Shown piece after piece: positions 9,873 through 18,793 of a stretch of DNA of 64,000 nt. The stretch is from a bacterium. GTDB taxonomy: Bacteria > Hinthialibacterota > Hinthialibacteria > Hinthialibacterales > Hinthialibacteraceae. A program made the position numbers and the translations under genes. The stretch lies in assembly GCA_041946805.1 (NCBI GenBank), contig JBHGBC010000002.1, positions 1-64,000 of the forward strand, given 5' to 3'. Position 1 is the stretch's first letter, and every line of letters begins with the position of its first letter. The notes below the pieces were generated by a model. The model did not search any database, was not told the origin of the DNA, and saw only the letters and a list, made by a program, of their open reading frames with translations.

Positions 9873-10401
9873 TGGCTTCAAGAAACACGGCTTGGGATAA
9901 TTTCGTGAAAAATTCCTTATAGTATTCAGGTTCATTCAAACGTTCCAATCGGGATATTTGACCATAGGAATTCCATACAATCCGCTGGAAAGTCACTCGG
10001 ACAATCACGGTATTTTTCGCGTCGCCATACGGCCGGGTTACCACGGATGCTTTTAATTTCTGGTTCTGATCCGTCGGCATATAAATACCCGTCAGCGCTC
10101 CCACGAGAGCAGAACCTAAAACTTGTCCTGCCTCTACGGCCGAACGGTCTTTTGATCCAACGACCAATCCCAATTTGCTTTCACTCTCCTCCAAAGTGAA
10201 TCCCAAATCTTGAAGAAGGCCGGCGCAAGCAGTCAGGATTTTCATTTCGTCATTGGTGTCAAATTTCCGACTTTGCATCGTCCGCCATTCGAGGGATTGC
10301 TCCTCGAGAGCAAGAACTTTTTTCGGGATCATGGTGGTGCATCCCGTGATAAACGGTGAAATGGATACACAAATTACTAAAAAAATAAAATTTCTTTTCA
10401 T
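9862..10401 (-). CDS. Hypothetical lipoprotein
   Basis: MKRNFIFLVICVSISPFITG-C lipobox; ATG 10401 lies 2 nt from the stop of the upstream gene; paralogous to the downstream gene. Confidence 0.82.
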   Translation of the reverse strand: MKRNFIFLVICVSISPFITGCTTMIPKKVLALEEQSLEWRTMQSRKFDTNDEMKILTACAGLLQDLGFTLEESESKLGLVVGSKDRSAVEAGQVLGSALVGALTGIYMPTDQNQKLKASVVTRPYGDAKNTVIVRVTFQRIVWNSYGQISRLERLNEPEYYKEFFTKLSQAVFLEANEI

Positions 10402-10402
10402 T

Positions 10403-10840
10403 TCAGAAACTCGAGGAGTGATAGGCAAAATCCCGCACTTTTTGTTCTTCATCGAACTTGATGATTACAGTCAATGTTCTCTGGGAAGTGGATCGTGCTC
10501 CAGAATTCCCTTCGACACCGACAATCAGCAGATTCAAATAGCCAGCGGAAGCCGACTGGACTGTTGTGTTGGACATTTTGTCGTAAATCCAAACTTCTCT
10601 TCTTTTTTCATCGGTGGTGACAATGTTGGGAGACCCAAGAACCTCCGCCACTTGTGAACCTGACATCCCCGTGCGAATCTCTTTTTGTACTTTTCCAACG
10701 GTTAATTTTTCCTCCATGGGTGTTACTTGGCTGGCATGATATGATGCCGATTGGCAACTTAGAGCCAACATAACTCCGAATAGTGAAATGAAAACAAAAC
10801 GATAATTAAATTTAATTTTTACCAAATTTATCAATTTCAT
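10403..10840 (-). CDS. Lipoprotein with SmpA/OmlA (BamE)-like domain
   Basis: MLALS-C lipobox; IRTGMSGSQVAEVLGSP...EVWIY...LTVIIKFDEEQKV matches the SmpA/BamE pattern GMxxxQVxxxLGxP..W.Y..L.v.Fd..v. Confidence 0.75.
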   Translation of the reverse strand: MKLINLVKIKFNYRFVFISLFGVMLALSCQSASYHASQVTPMEEKLTVGKVQKEIRTGMSGSQVAEVLGSPNIVTTDEKRREVWIYDKMSNTTVQSASAGYLNLLIVGVEGNSGARSTSQRTLTVIIKFDEEQKVRDFAYHSSSF

Positions 10841-11081
10841 AATATTAATCCAAAATCATTCATTTGATTTTTGATCTTATTTTATTTAACCATACTTTTA
10901 GTAATACTGTCAAGGGGGTTTTTTAACTTTTTTTCCGAACAACCGCTGATCGATGATTCTCTGCGAAAAATTCCCCCTTTTTTTCCCAACTTTTCCCCCC
11001 ATTTCGACACTACTAGGTAGAAGCGCGGCGATCCATCGGTCTTCAACTTGATTTTCACCGCCGGCTTTTGGGAGGTGGGAC

Positions 11082-11909
11082 ATGGTTTACGATGGGATCT
11101 CGATCAAAAAACTGCTCAGGGGCATGGAACATAAACCCCTAACCCCGGACAGGGAAAAAGAATTGCTCGCCCGGGCCGCCCGGGGAGACCGGAGCGCCCG
11201 CGACCGTCTGGTCGAAGCCAATCAGCGTTTCGTCATCCGCATGGCCATCTCGTTCCGCAATCAGGGCATCTCGATCGCTGATCTGGTCCAGGAAGGCAAC
11301 TTGGGACTCATCGAGGCTATTGACCGCTACGACCCCGCCAAGGAATGCCGCCTGATCTCGTATGCGGCGTGGTGGATCCGGCTTTTCATGCAACGGGCCA
11401 TCGAACAAAAATCGCGGACGGTTACCATTCCCATCAACAAGGTGGGATCCTTGAAGAAGATCAAGAATTTCGAGTATGGCTTTATCAAAACCCACGGCCG
11501 CAAGCCCAATCCGCATGAAATCGCCGAGGGCATCGGCATGGACGTGGACAAGGTCGAATATATCGCCAACCTGGGAACCAGCACGGTTTCCCTGCAATCC
11601 GAGGACGAGGAAGGCCAGACCATCCAGGACCGCCTGGAAATCAACGATGAAGAACCCCTGCGCCGCCGTCTTTGGCTCGAGGAACTGAACCGCAAGGTCT
11701 CGGAGGCCCTCGACCTCCTGACGCCCAAGGAACAGGATGTGATCCGTTGCCGTTTCGGACTCGACGACGAAGATCCGGCCAGCTTGCGCCAGGCCGGCCG
11801 CCGGCTCGGCCTTTCCGCCGAAGGCGTCCGGCAGATCCAGGCCCAGGCCCTCAAGAAACTGCAGGATCCGGAGTTCTGCGTGGGTTTGACGGCCTTCGTG
11901 CAAAACTGA
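11082..11909 (+). CDS. Sigma-70 family RNA polymerase sigma factor, RpoD/RpoS-like, lacking region 1.1
   Basis: LVEANQRFVI, DLVQEGNLGLIEAIDRYDP, SYAAWWIR, region 4 SLRQAGRRLGLSAEGVRQIQAQALKKL; RBS ggaggt upstream. Confidence 0.92.
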   Translation: MVYDGISIKKLLRGMEHKPLTPDREKELLARAARGDRSARDRLVEANQRFVIRMAISFRNQGISIADLVQEGNLGLIEAIDRYDPAKECRLISYAAWWIRLFMQRAIEQKSRTVTIPINKVGSLKKIKNFEYGFIKTHGRKPNPHEIAEGIGMDVDKVEYIANLGTSTVSLQSEDEEGQTIQDRLEINDEEPLRRRLWLEELNRKVSEALDLLTPKEQDVIRCRFGLDDEDPASLRQAGRRLGLSAEGVRQIQAQALKKLQDPEFCVGLTAFVQN

Positions 11910-12163
11910 CCGGTCTTGGGTAAGAATAAACACCACGTCCGGCCGGCGTGGTAGAAGGCAAAACGTATTTTTTGAATCGAACGTTGAACCTCCCCAACCG
12001 CTGACTCAAGATGTTCCTCCCCGGACTTCTTGGCTTGGCGGTTTTTTTTGGGGAATTTCCTTTGGGAATTTTACCGGCCCCCGCGGCTTTTTCATCCCCC
12101 CCCGGGGCATCCCAATCCAGCACTCAACAACGCTTTGTATGGTAGCGATCGAAGTAAATAATT

Positions 12164-12196
12164 CCCTCTCCCTCCGGGAGAGGGCCCGGGTGAGGG
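12164..12196 (-). repeat. 33-bp REP-like palindrome (reverse orientation)
   Basis: ccctctccctccgggagagggcccgggtgaggg. Confidence 0.85.
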
Positions 12197-12267
12197 AAGC
12201 CTTGGAGGGGCGAAATACATTTTTCCCGGCTGGCGGGTAAACAGTTACCTTTGCGTATCGCCCGTGT

Positions 12268-13113
12268 TCACTTTACCGTGTTCCGCAATATCCCAATGCC
12301 TTCGATCTCCACTTCGACCACGTCGCCGGATTTCATGGCCGAGGTGGATCCCGGCGTGCCGGTGTAGATCACGTCGCCCGGCAGCAGCGTGACATACCGG
12401 CTGGCGAAGCTGACGATCGTGGGCAGGTCGAAAATCAGGTCGCTGGTGCGTTGTTGCTGCTTCACCTCACCGTTGAGGCGCGTGGTCAGTTGGAGATTGC
12501 CGTAGTCCAGGCCGCGGACGATCACCGGTCCCAGCGGGCCGAAGGTGTCTGAGCCTTTCGCGCGCCACCATTGCAGATCGTTGGTTTGAAAGTCGCGCGC
12601 GGAGACGTCGTTGCCGCAGGTCACGCCGAAAATGCAGGCCTTCGCTTCCTCCACCGGAACGTTCTTGGCCATTTTGCCGATCACGATCACCAGTTCGCCC
12701 TCGTAGTGGCAATCCTGGGTCCCCGGGGGAATGACGATCGTCCCTTCTGGATCGAGCAGCGAGGTCAGCGCCTTGAAAAACAACTCGGGATTCGCGGGCG
12801 GGGGCAATTCGCCGATGTGGCTGGCATAGTTGCGCCCCACCGCCAGCACCTTGGTGGGCTGGCAGGGGACCAGCAGTTTCGCCTTGCTGAAGGGATACAT
12901 CAATCCGGTACGCGCGGGCGACTCGAAGATGGATCCCCGCAGTTCGTACACCGTCTCCCGGTCCACCAGTCCGTACACCGCCCGGTCGCCCGTCTGGAAC
13001 CGGACATAGCGCTGGACTGCCGGCGCGGCTGGATCCTGAGCCAATCCGGCCCGCGCCGCCAGCGTCATCCCCGCCGCCACTCCTCCCACAAACGCCCGCC
13101 GTGACATCGTCAT
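12268..13113 (-). CDS. Fumarylacetoacetate hydrolase family protein with predicted Tat signal
   Basis: VGRNYASH, HYEGELVIVIGK, GNDVSARD, AKGSDTFGPLGP, GDVIYTGTPG; N-terminus MTMSRRAFV. Confidence 0.92.
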   Translation of the reverse strand: MTMSRRAFVGGVAAGMTLAARAGLAQDPAAPAVQRYVRFQTGDRAVYGLVDRETVYELRGSIFESPARTGLMYPFSKAKLLVPCQPTKVLAVGRNYASHIGELPPPANPELFFKALTSLLDPEGTIVIPPGTQDCHYEGELVIVIGKMAKNVPVEEAKACIFGVTCGNDVSARDFQTNDLQWWRAKGSDTFGPLGPVIVRGLDYGNLQLTTRLNGEVKQQQRTSDLIFDLPTIVSFASRYVTLLPGDVIYTGTPGSTSAMKSGDVVEVEIEGIGILRNTVK

Positions 13114-13276
13114 GAGTTCCGCCTCCTTGATTTACTGGAAATGACCTCCGCGTATTTCCTAATCCGGTTAAATTATGTATAACATAGAATCCTGTTCAGG
13201 AACAGCGGGAATCCGCCGAAGGCAAGGCGGCCAGATTCCGTTCTTACACTTGATCGAGGAAAGGGGAAAAGGGGTA

Positions 13277-15268
13277 ATGACACGTTTCGAGTTTGGAATG
13301 ATACTCACGCTGGCCACGCTGGTGTGCCCATCCGCGCGGGCGGCCGGAACCGGAAGCGATTATCCCGTGCAGCCGGTGCCCTTCACCCGGGTGAGCGTCC
13401 AGGACGATTTCTGGCGGCCGCGCCTGGAGACCAACCGCGTGGTGACCATTCCCTACGATTTCCGCCAATGCGAGGCAACCGGGAGGATCGACAATTTCGC
13501 CAAGGCGGGGGGCATGATGGAAGGGGAGTTCAAGGGCATCCGCTTCGACGATTCGGATGTCTTCAAGATTATCGAGGGGGCGGCCTTCTCGCTGGCCCTG
13601 CGTCCCGATGCCTGGCTGGACAATTACCTGGACCGGCTGATCGCCAAAATCGCGGCGGCCCAGGAGGATGACGGGTATCTCTACACCGCCCGCACCATCG
13701 ATCCCCGGCATCCCGCCGGCGGCGCGGGCCCCACGCGCTGGTGCAATCTCAAGGAAAGCCATGAACTCTACAATGTGGGGCATCTCTACGAGGCCGCGGT
13801 GGCGCATTACCAGGCCACCGGCAAGCGCTCGCTGCTGGACGTGGCCCTCAAGAACGCCGACCTGGTCTGCCACGTTTTCGGGCCGGACAAATTGCGTGAC
13901 GTCCCCGGCCACCAGGAGATCGAAATCGGGCTGGTCAAGCTCTACCGCGTGACCGGCGAGGCCAAATACCTGCGCCAGGCCAAGTTTTTCCTGGACATGC
14001 GCGGCCGGGCCGATCAGCGGGAAATCTGGGGCGAATACTGCCAGGACCACAAGCCGGTGGTGGAGCAGAGCGAGGCCACCGGCCACGCCGTACGCGCGGG
14101 TTACATGTATGCCGGCATGGCCGACGTCGCGGCGCTGACCCAGGACCGGCCGTACATCGAGGCGATCACGCGGATCTGGCGCGATGTGGTGGATGGCAAA
14201 CTGTACCTCACGGGCGGCATGGGTTCGCGGAGTGGAGGCGAGGCGTTCGGGGCCGATTATGAGCTTCCCAATCTAACCGCCTACAATGAGACTTGCGCCG
14301 CCATCGCCAACATGTTGTGGAACCACCGCCTCTTCCTGCTCACCGGCGACGCGAAATACATTGACGTGTTCGAACGGACCCTGTACAACGGATTTCTGTC
14401 CGGCGTATCGCTGACCGGCGATCTCTTTTTCTACCCCAATCCATTGGAATCGGACGGCACGGCCAAGCGCAGCCCGTGGTTTGATTGCGCATGCTGCCCC
14501 CCCAACGTGGCGCGCTTCATTCCCTCCATCCCCGGGTATGTCTACGCCCAGCAAGACGATTCCATCTACGTGAATCTCTTCATTCAAGGGGAGGCCTCGC
14601 TGGCCCTGGCCGGGCATACCATCCAGTTGCGGCAGGAAACCCGCTACCCCTGGGAGGGCCGTGTGCGGATCACTGTCCAGACCGCCGCCCCGGTGGAATT
14701 CACCCTCCTCGTGCGGATTCCCGGCTGGGCGCAAAACCGCCCGGTTCCCAGCGATCTCTACTTCTACGCGGATGCCGCGCCCGGGCCGGTATCGCTCCAG
14801 GTCAACGGCACGGCCCTGTTGCCGCCGTTGGAGCAAGGCTATCTTCCCCTGAAGCGCGTGTGGACGAACGGCGACACGGTGGACCTCGATCTCCCCATGC
14901 CGGTGCGCCGCGTCCGGGCGCATGACCAGGTCCGGGATGACCGGGGCCTTGTGGCCCTCGAGCGCGGCCCGGTGGTCTATTGCGCCGAGTGGGTGGATAA
15001 CGAGGCGGATCTCAGCCGCCTGCGCGTCCCCGAGACCATGACCTTTGACACTTCGGTCCGGAAATTCATGCTGGGCGGCGTCGTCATGCTCCACGGTTCC
15101 GTTCCGCGCGGGGCGGAGGACGATGCGGAAGTCCCGGACCTGACGCTCATCCCCTATTACGCCTGGGCGCACCGGGGTGAAGGCCCCATGAAAGTCTGGC
15201 TGCCGGTCTCCCTTAACACAGCACCCGTCCTGCGGGAAGAAATCACCAATCCCAACAAGACCGGATAG
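13277..15268 (+). CDS. Glycoside hydrolase family 127 (beta-L-arabinofuranosidase-like), secreted
   Basis: FDDSDVFKIIE, HELYNVGHLYEAAVAHY, GHAVRA, YNETCAAI, CACCPPN, ERGPVVYC, IPYYAWAHRG; signal peptide from ATG 13277. Confidence 0.92.
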   Translation: MTRFEFGMILTLATLVCPSARAAGTGSDYPVQPVPFTRVSVQDDFWRPRLETNRVVTIPYDFRQCEATGRIDNFAKAGGMMEGEFKGIRFDDSDVFKIIEGAAFSLALRPDAWLDNYLDRLIAKIAAAQEDDGYLYTARTIDPRHPAGGAGPTRWCNLKESHELYNVGHLYEAAVAHYQATGKRSLLDVALKNADLVCHVFGPDKLRDVPGHQEIEIGLVKLYRVTGEAKYLRQAKFFLDMRGRADQREIWGEYCQDHKPVVEQSEATGHAVRAGYMYAGMADVAALTQDRPYIEAITRIWRDVVDGKLYLTGGMGSRSGGEAFGADYELPNLTAYNETCAAIANMLWNHRLFLLTGDAKYIDVFERTLYNGFLSGVSLTGDLFFYPNPLESDGTAKRSPWFDCACCPPNVARFIPSIPGYVYAQQDDSIYVNLFIQGEASLALAGHTIQLRQETRYPWEGRVRITVQTAAPVEFTLLVRIPGWAQNRPVPSDLYFYADAAPGPVSLQVNGTALLPPLEQGYLPLKRVWTNGDTVDLDLPMPVRRVRAHDQVRDDRGLVALERGPVVYCAEWVDNEADLSRLRVPETMTFDTSVRKFMLGGVVMLHGSVPRGAEDDAEVPDLTLIPYYAWAHRGEGPMKVWLPVSLNTAPVLREEITNPNKTG

Positions 15269-15486
15269 GTGATCAACGGATTGTGCGTCTCCACCTTCAA
15301 ACCTGGCTGGCAGGACCTTGCGGGAGGCGCGTTTCTACTTATAGTGTACCGTAACAAAATACCATCTTCCTACAGGCGCCGGCGGCCAGCCGCGCCATGC
15401 GAATCCGCGAATTTTCCCCGCCCGGAACGCGCACGCAACCGGCGGGAGCCAAAGCTCAAGGGTTGTGGGATACGCTGGAGGTTTAC

Positions 15487-16188
15487 ATGAAACGTTTGAT
15501 TCTGGTACACGGTGACAAAGGCGGCATCGGCAAATCCACCACCGCCCGGGCGTTGTTGGATTGGTCGATCCGGCAGGAGCGGCATTACACGGCGTTTGAC
15601 AGCGATCATCGGAATCCGCATCTCTTCCGGTACTACGACGCCATCCACCCCGTCAAGCGCGTGGACGTGATGAGCCAAGGGGGCATCGACCCGGTCTTCA
15701 ACGAACTGGCGACCGGCGACCGCAACGTGCTGGTGGACCTGCCCGCCGGGGTGGGCACGTCACTCGAGCGGCTCTTCCAGGAAGTGGATATCGGCGACGC
15801 GCTGGCCGAACTGGGCGCGCGGGCCACGCTGGTGGTGGTGATCTCCCGGCTCAAGGACAGCATCGAAGTCCTGCGGCTGACGATGGAAGCGTTCAAGGAC
15901 GTACCCACGGATTATGTCGTCGTCAAGAACCTGTATTTCGGCGACGCCGACAAGTTCACCCGCTACGAACACTCCAAGACCCGCAAGGACGCGCTGGCCA
16001 AGGGCGCCGTGGAGATCAACATGCCCGACCTCCTGGACGACGTCTACGACTGCATGGACGAACGCAACCTGCCCTTCCTGAAGGCCATCAGCAAGGACGA
16101 ACTGCTCTTCGCCACCCGCCAGCGCGTGAAATCCTGGATGCGCCGCTTTGACGAGGAACTGGGCAAGGCCCAGAAATTCTTGCTGTAA
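15487..16188 (+). CDS. Deviant-Walker-A P-loop ATPase, TraL/MobD-like (ParA/MinD superfamily)
   Basis: HGDKGGIGKST, FDSDHRN, LVDLPAG, VVKNLYFG, C-terminal TRQRVKSW; RBS ggagg just before ATG 15487. Confidence 0.75.
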   Translation: MKRLILVHGDKGGIGKSTTARALLDWSIRQERHYTAFDSDHRNPHLFRYYDAIHPVKRVDVMSQGGIDPVFNELATGDRNVLVDLPAGVGTSLERLFQEVDIGDALAELGARATLVVVISRLKDSIEVLRLTMEAFKDVPTDYVVVKNLYFGDADKFTRYEHSKTRKDALAKGAVEINMPDLLDDVYDCMDERNLPFLKAISKDELLFATRQRVKSWMRRFDEELGKAQKFLL

Positions 16189-16214
16189 ACGGCTGGCTTG
16201 GCTGGATGAACAGA

Positions 16215-16250
16215 ATGAGGTGAATCCCCGCGGTTCACCTCATCTTTTTG
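16215..16250 (+). terminator. Rho-independent terminator after the ATPase gene
   Basis: Perfect 10-bp stem atgaggtgaa / ttcacctcat with 9-nt loop, followed by ctttttg. Confidence 0.65.
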
Positions 16251-16266
16251 AAAAGATGATCCTCAT

Positions 16267-17133
16267 TCATTTCGTGGCGCTGGATATTTCCGCCCGGTTG
16301 ATGTTCCTCTCCGCGATCCGGGCCTCTTCAATCTTCCCCTTCCCGCTCCGTTTCGTGTGCGACAAGAACCAGTCATACAATTCAGGATTGTCATACACCG
16401 GCCCCAGGATGAAATGTCCCTGATCGGGAAAGATCGTGTAGCGCACTTGTCCCTTGGCGGCCTTCATCGCGCCGATCATCTGCATGCCGCGCGACGGCGA
16501 TACGATGTCATCCAACGCGCCCTGAAACACCCATACGGGCAGTTCCTGTAATTTTCTCACCGCTTCATGCGGATTCCCCACGCCGCACGCCGTGGCCATG
16601 GCCGCGAACCGCCGGGGATCCGCGCAAGCCCAGCGCCAGGCGGCGTGTCCCCCCATGCTGTATCCGGTGAGATACAGACGGTCCGTGTCGATTCCCGGCA
16701 GCTGCGAAAGCGCAATCCCCAAAAAACTGTTGAGCAGATTGGTATCCCAGCCGCCGGCCGTGGACGGCGACACCACCACAAAGGGAAATCGCTCATGCTC
16801 CAGGCCGTATTTGATGGGGCCGTACAGTTTGAAACTGTCCAGGTTGCCCCCCATGGATTGCCCGTGCAGCATGACGATCAGCGGCCAGCGTTGCCCGGGC
16901 ATGCCATAACCCGCGGGCAGATACGCGAGATACTCGTACCCGGCTTTGCCCTTCACCGTCCGGCCGTATTCAGCCCGAGCGGGTGGAACCGGAACCGCGG
17001 CCGGCGCCGCGGCCGATTCCGGCGGCGGCCCGGCGGGCGCGCGGGGCGTGGAGAATTTCTGGAGGCAGACCCCGTAGGCCGCGATGGCGAGCAAGAGCAG
17101 GAGAAGGATCCGTCCCATACGCGGTTCTCCCAT
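16267..17133 (-). CDS. Alpha/beta hydrolase (predicted peptidase/esterase, COG4099-like), exported
   Basis: WPLIVMLHG, GYSMGG nucleophile elbow, WVFQGALDDIV, YTIFPDQGH; hydrophobic N-terminus (start may be 17118). Confidence 0.85.
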   Translation of the reverse strand: MGEPRMGRILLLLLLAIAAYGVCLQKFSTPRAPAGPPPESAAAPAAVPVPPARAEYGRTVKGKAGYEYLAYLPAGYGMPGQRWPLIVMLHGQSMGGNLDSFKLYGPIKYGLEHERFPFVVVSPSTAGGWDTNLLNSFLGIALSQLPGIDTDRLYLTGYSMGGHAAWRWACADPRRFAAMATACGVGNPHEAVRKLQELPVWVFQGALDDIVSPSRGMQMIGAMKAAKGQVRYTIFPDQGHFILGPVYDNPELYDWFLSHTKRSGKGKIEEARIAERNINRAEISSATK

Positions 17134-17343
17134 GCGTCGATCGAGAATGGGATAAAGTAAGTGTAAAACTCCTCAAATCCAGCCAATCCGATTGCCATCA
17201 ACACCGCATAGAAAAGTAACACATCGAAAACGGCTTGTCAGATTTTCCAAAAGGTAAGGAGAAAGATGGGGAGGGCAGCGAGGATGATACTCCCCCGTAT
17301 GATGGAAAGGCCAATCCCGCGCCGGGGGGAATCCTGGATATTG

Positions 17344-17694
17344 GGTTCATCCGGGAAGTGCGTACATCGTGAGGTAAAATCGATGCCGTTCACTCCGGGA
17401 TGAGGGCGGACACCAAGAACTACCCCAACAAAAGTACCCTCACCCTGATCCTCTCCCAAAGGGAGAGGGAATTTCCTGGCCTTCTCCCAGAAGGAGAGGG
17501 AGGAGAGCAGAAAGGTTATCGCGGGTGAATTACGCCGCGTTTGGAGAATATTGGAGTAGAAATAGGGGCACCATGCCGCGTGCCCCTTCAGGACAAGAAA
17601 CGGCGATGGATCCCCGCTTTCACGGGGATGACATTCATATCAGGGAGAGGGAAATTCAGAATGGGGACGGGTTGTGGAACGCCTCGGATAAACC
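17344..17694. mobile_element. MITE-like element copy 3, expanded with extra palindromes; right end uncertain
   Basis: Left TIR ggttcatccgggaagtgcgtac (21/22 to copy 1); same internal order of modules; partial right TIR cggataaacc ending 17694; no TSD seen. Confidence 0.5.
17437..17500 (+). repeat. 33-bp REP-like palindrome plus a partial second copy
   Basis: ccctcaccctgatcctctcccaaagggagaggg (17437-17469), then cctggccttctcccagaaggagaggg. Confidence 0.8.
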
Positions 17695-17719
17695 ATCCAT
17701 TTGTGTAGGATACATCCCC

Positions 17720-18793
17720 TCATTCCCTCACTTCCAAATCCCGCACTTCTTCCTGCAGGAGATGGAGAATCCGGCCGTCGCCGGCGCGGAAAATCAGGCG
17801 GCCCCACTCGTCGATGTCCAGAGCCATGCCGGTCAGGCTTTGTTGGCGGTGACGCAAAATGATCCTCCGTCCCAAGGTGGAGGAATACTGCCGCCAATAA
17901 CCCCGCACCGTCTCACCGCGGTCCTGGACCATGTGTTCCCACAACGCTTCCCAGAGGGTGCCGCATTGCGCCAGCAACAAATCGCGTTGCCAATCCTCGT
18001 TCCGCGCCAGGGCCAGGGAGATCGTTTGCCCGCGCAGTTCGGGCGGCCAGTCCGCGGGGCCGGAATGAACGTTCAATCCCAAGCTGACCAGCACGGCCCG
18101 GCGCGCCAAGATCTTTTCGACCAGCACACCCCCGGCTTTCCGGCCCTGGATGATCAAATCGTTGGGCCACTTGATGGAAACCGGGACTTGATAGGCGGTA
18201 TCGAGCACCCGCGCCACGGCGGTGACGGCGTAGAGCGACAACAAGGCTGGAGACGGCTCCCAGTCCGCAAGTTGAATGATGAATGTCACGAGCAGATCGC
18301 GCCCCTTGCGGGATACCCAGGGGCTGCCTTGCCGCCCGCGTCCCTGTTTTTGATACTCGGCGGCGATCACTATCCCGTGGGGATCGCGTTGGATAAACCG
18401 TTCCTTGGCGATGTCAATGGTGGAAGTGATCTCCTCGCCCACCCATACCGACCGGCCCCACCACCGCGTGCACAGCCGGGCGGCCACGCTATCCGGGTGC
18501 ATTACGCCTGCGTCCGGTTCGTAGAAATATTCAAGCGGTGTTTGCGAACCGATTTTCACGCCCTCGCCAATCAATGCCTCGATCGCCGCGGCCGCCACGC
18601 CCCGGGACAGCCCCGAAGCCCGTGCGATTTCCTCCAGCATCACGTACGCCAGCGGACGTTCCACGAACACCCGCATCACCGCCGTCCGTGACGCCTCGTT
18701 CCAGCGGCCCGCCTGTCCGCCGATCCACGCGCGGCTGTCTGGGACTGCCCCCGTGAAATCCTCCCGGATGTCTCCGGTTCCGCCGCGCGTCAT
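17720..18793 (-). CDS. birA: Bifunctional biotin--[acetyl-CoA-carboxylase] ligase / repressor
   Basis: N-terminal HTH (EEIARASGLSRGVAAAAIEALIGEG), QKQGRGRQGSPWVS, IKWPND, RKAGGVLVE; ATGA overlap with the rarA stop. Confidence 0.9.
   Translation of the reverse strand: MTRGGTGDIREDFTGAVPDSRAWIGGQAGRWNEASRTAVMRVFVERPLAYVMLEEIARASGLSRGVAAAAIEALIGEGVKIGSQTPLEYFYEPDAGVMHPDSVAARLCTRWWGRSVWVGEEITSTIDIAKERFIQRDPHGIVIAAEYQKQGRGRQGSPWVSRKGRDLLVTFIIQLADWEPSPALLSLYAVTAVARVLDTAYQVPVSIKWPNDLIIQGRKAGGVLVEKILARRAVLVSLGLNVHSGPADWPPELRGQTISLALARNEDWQRDLLLAQCGTLWEALWEHMVQDRGETVRGYWRQYSSTLGRRIILRHRQQSLTGMALDIDEWGRLIFRAGDGRILHLLQEEVRDLEVRE

Noticed and set aside
10884..10913. Minus-strand sigma-70 promoter for the lipoprotein cassette
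   Set aside because: TTGACA is present (10908-10913) but there is no convincing -10 hexamer at 16-18 nt spacing.
11930..12060. Riboswitch or ncRNA after the sigma gene (GGCAAA, T-tract)
   Set aside because: The remaining conserved c-di-GMP-I elements are missing and the position is 3' of convergent genes.
17336..17702. Target-site duplications for MITE copies 3 and 4
   Set aside because: Flanking 8-mers do not match (ggatattg vs atccattt for copy 3; none found for copy 4), so TSDs are claimed only for copies 1 and 2.
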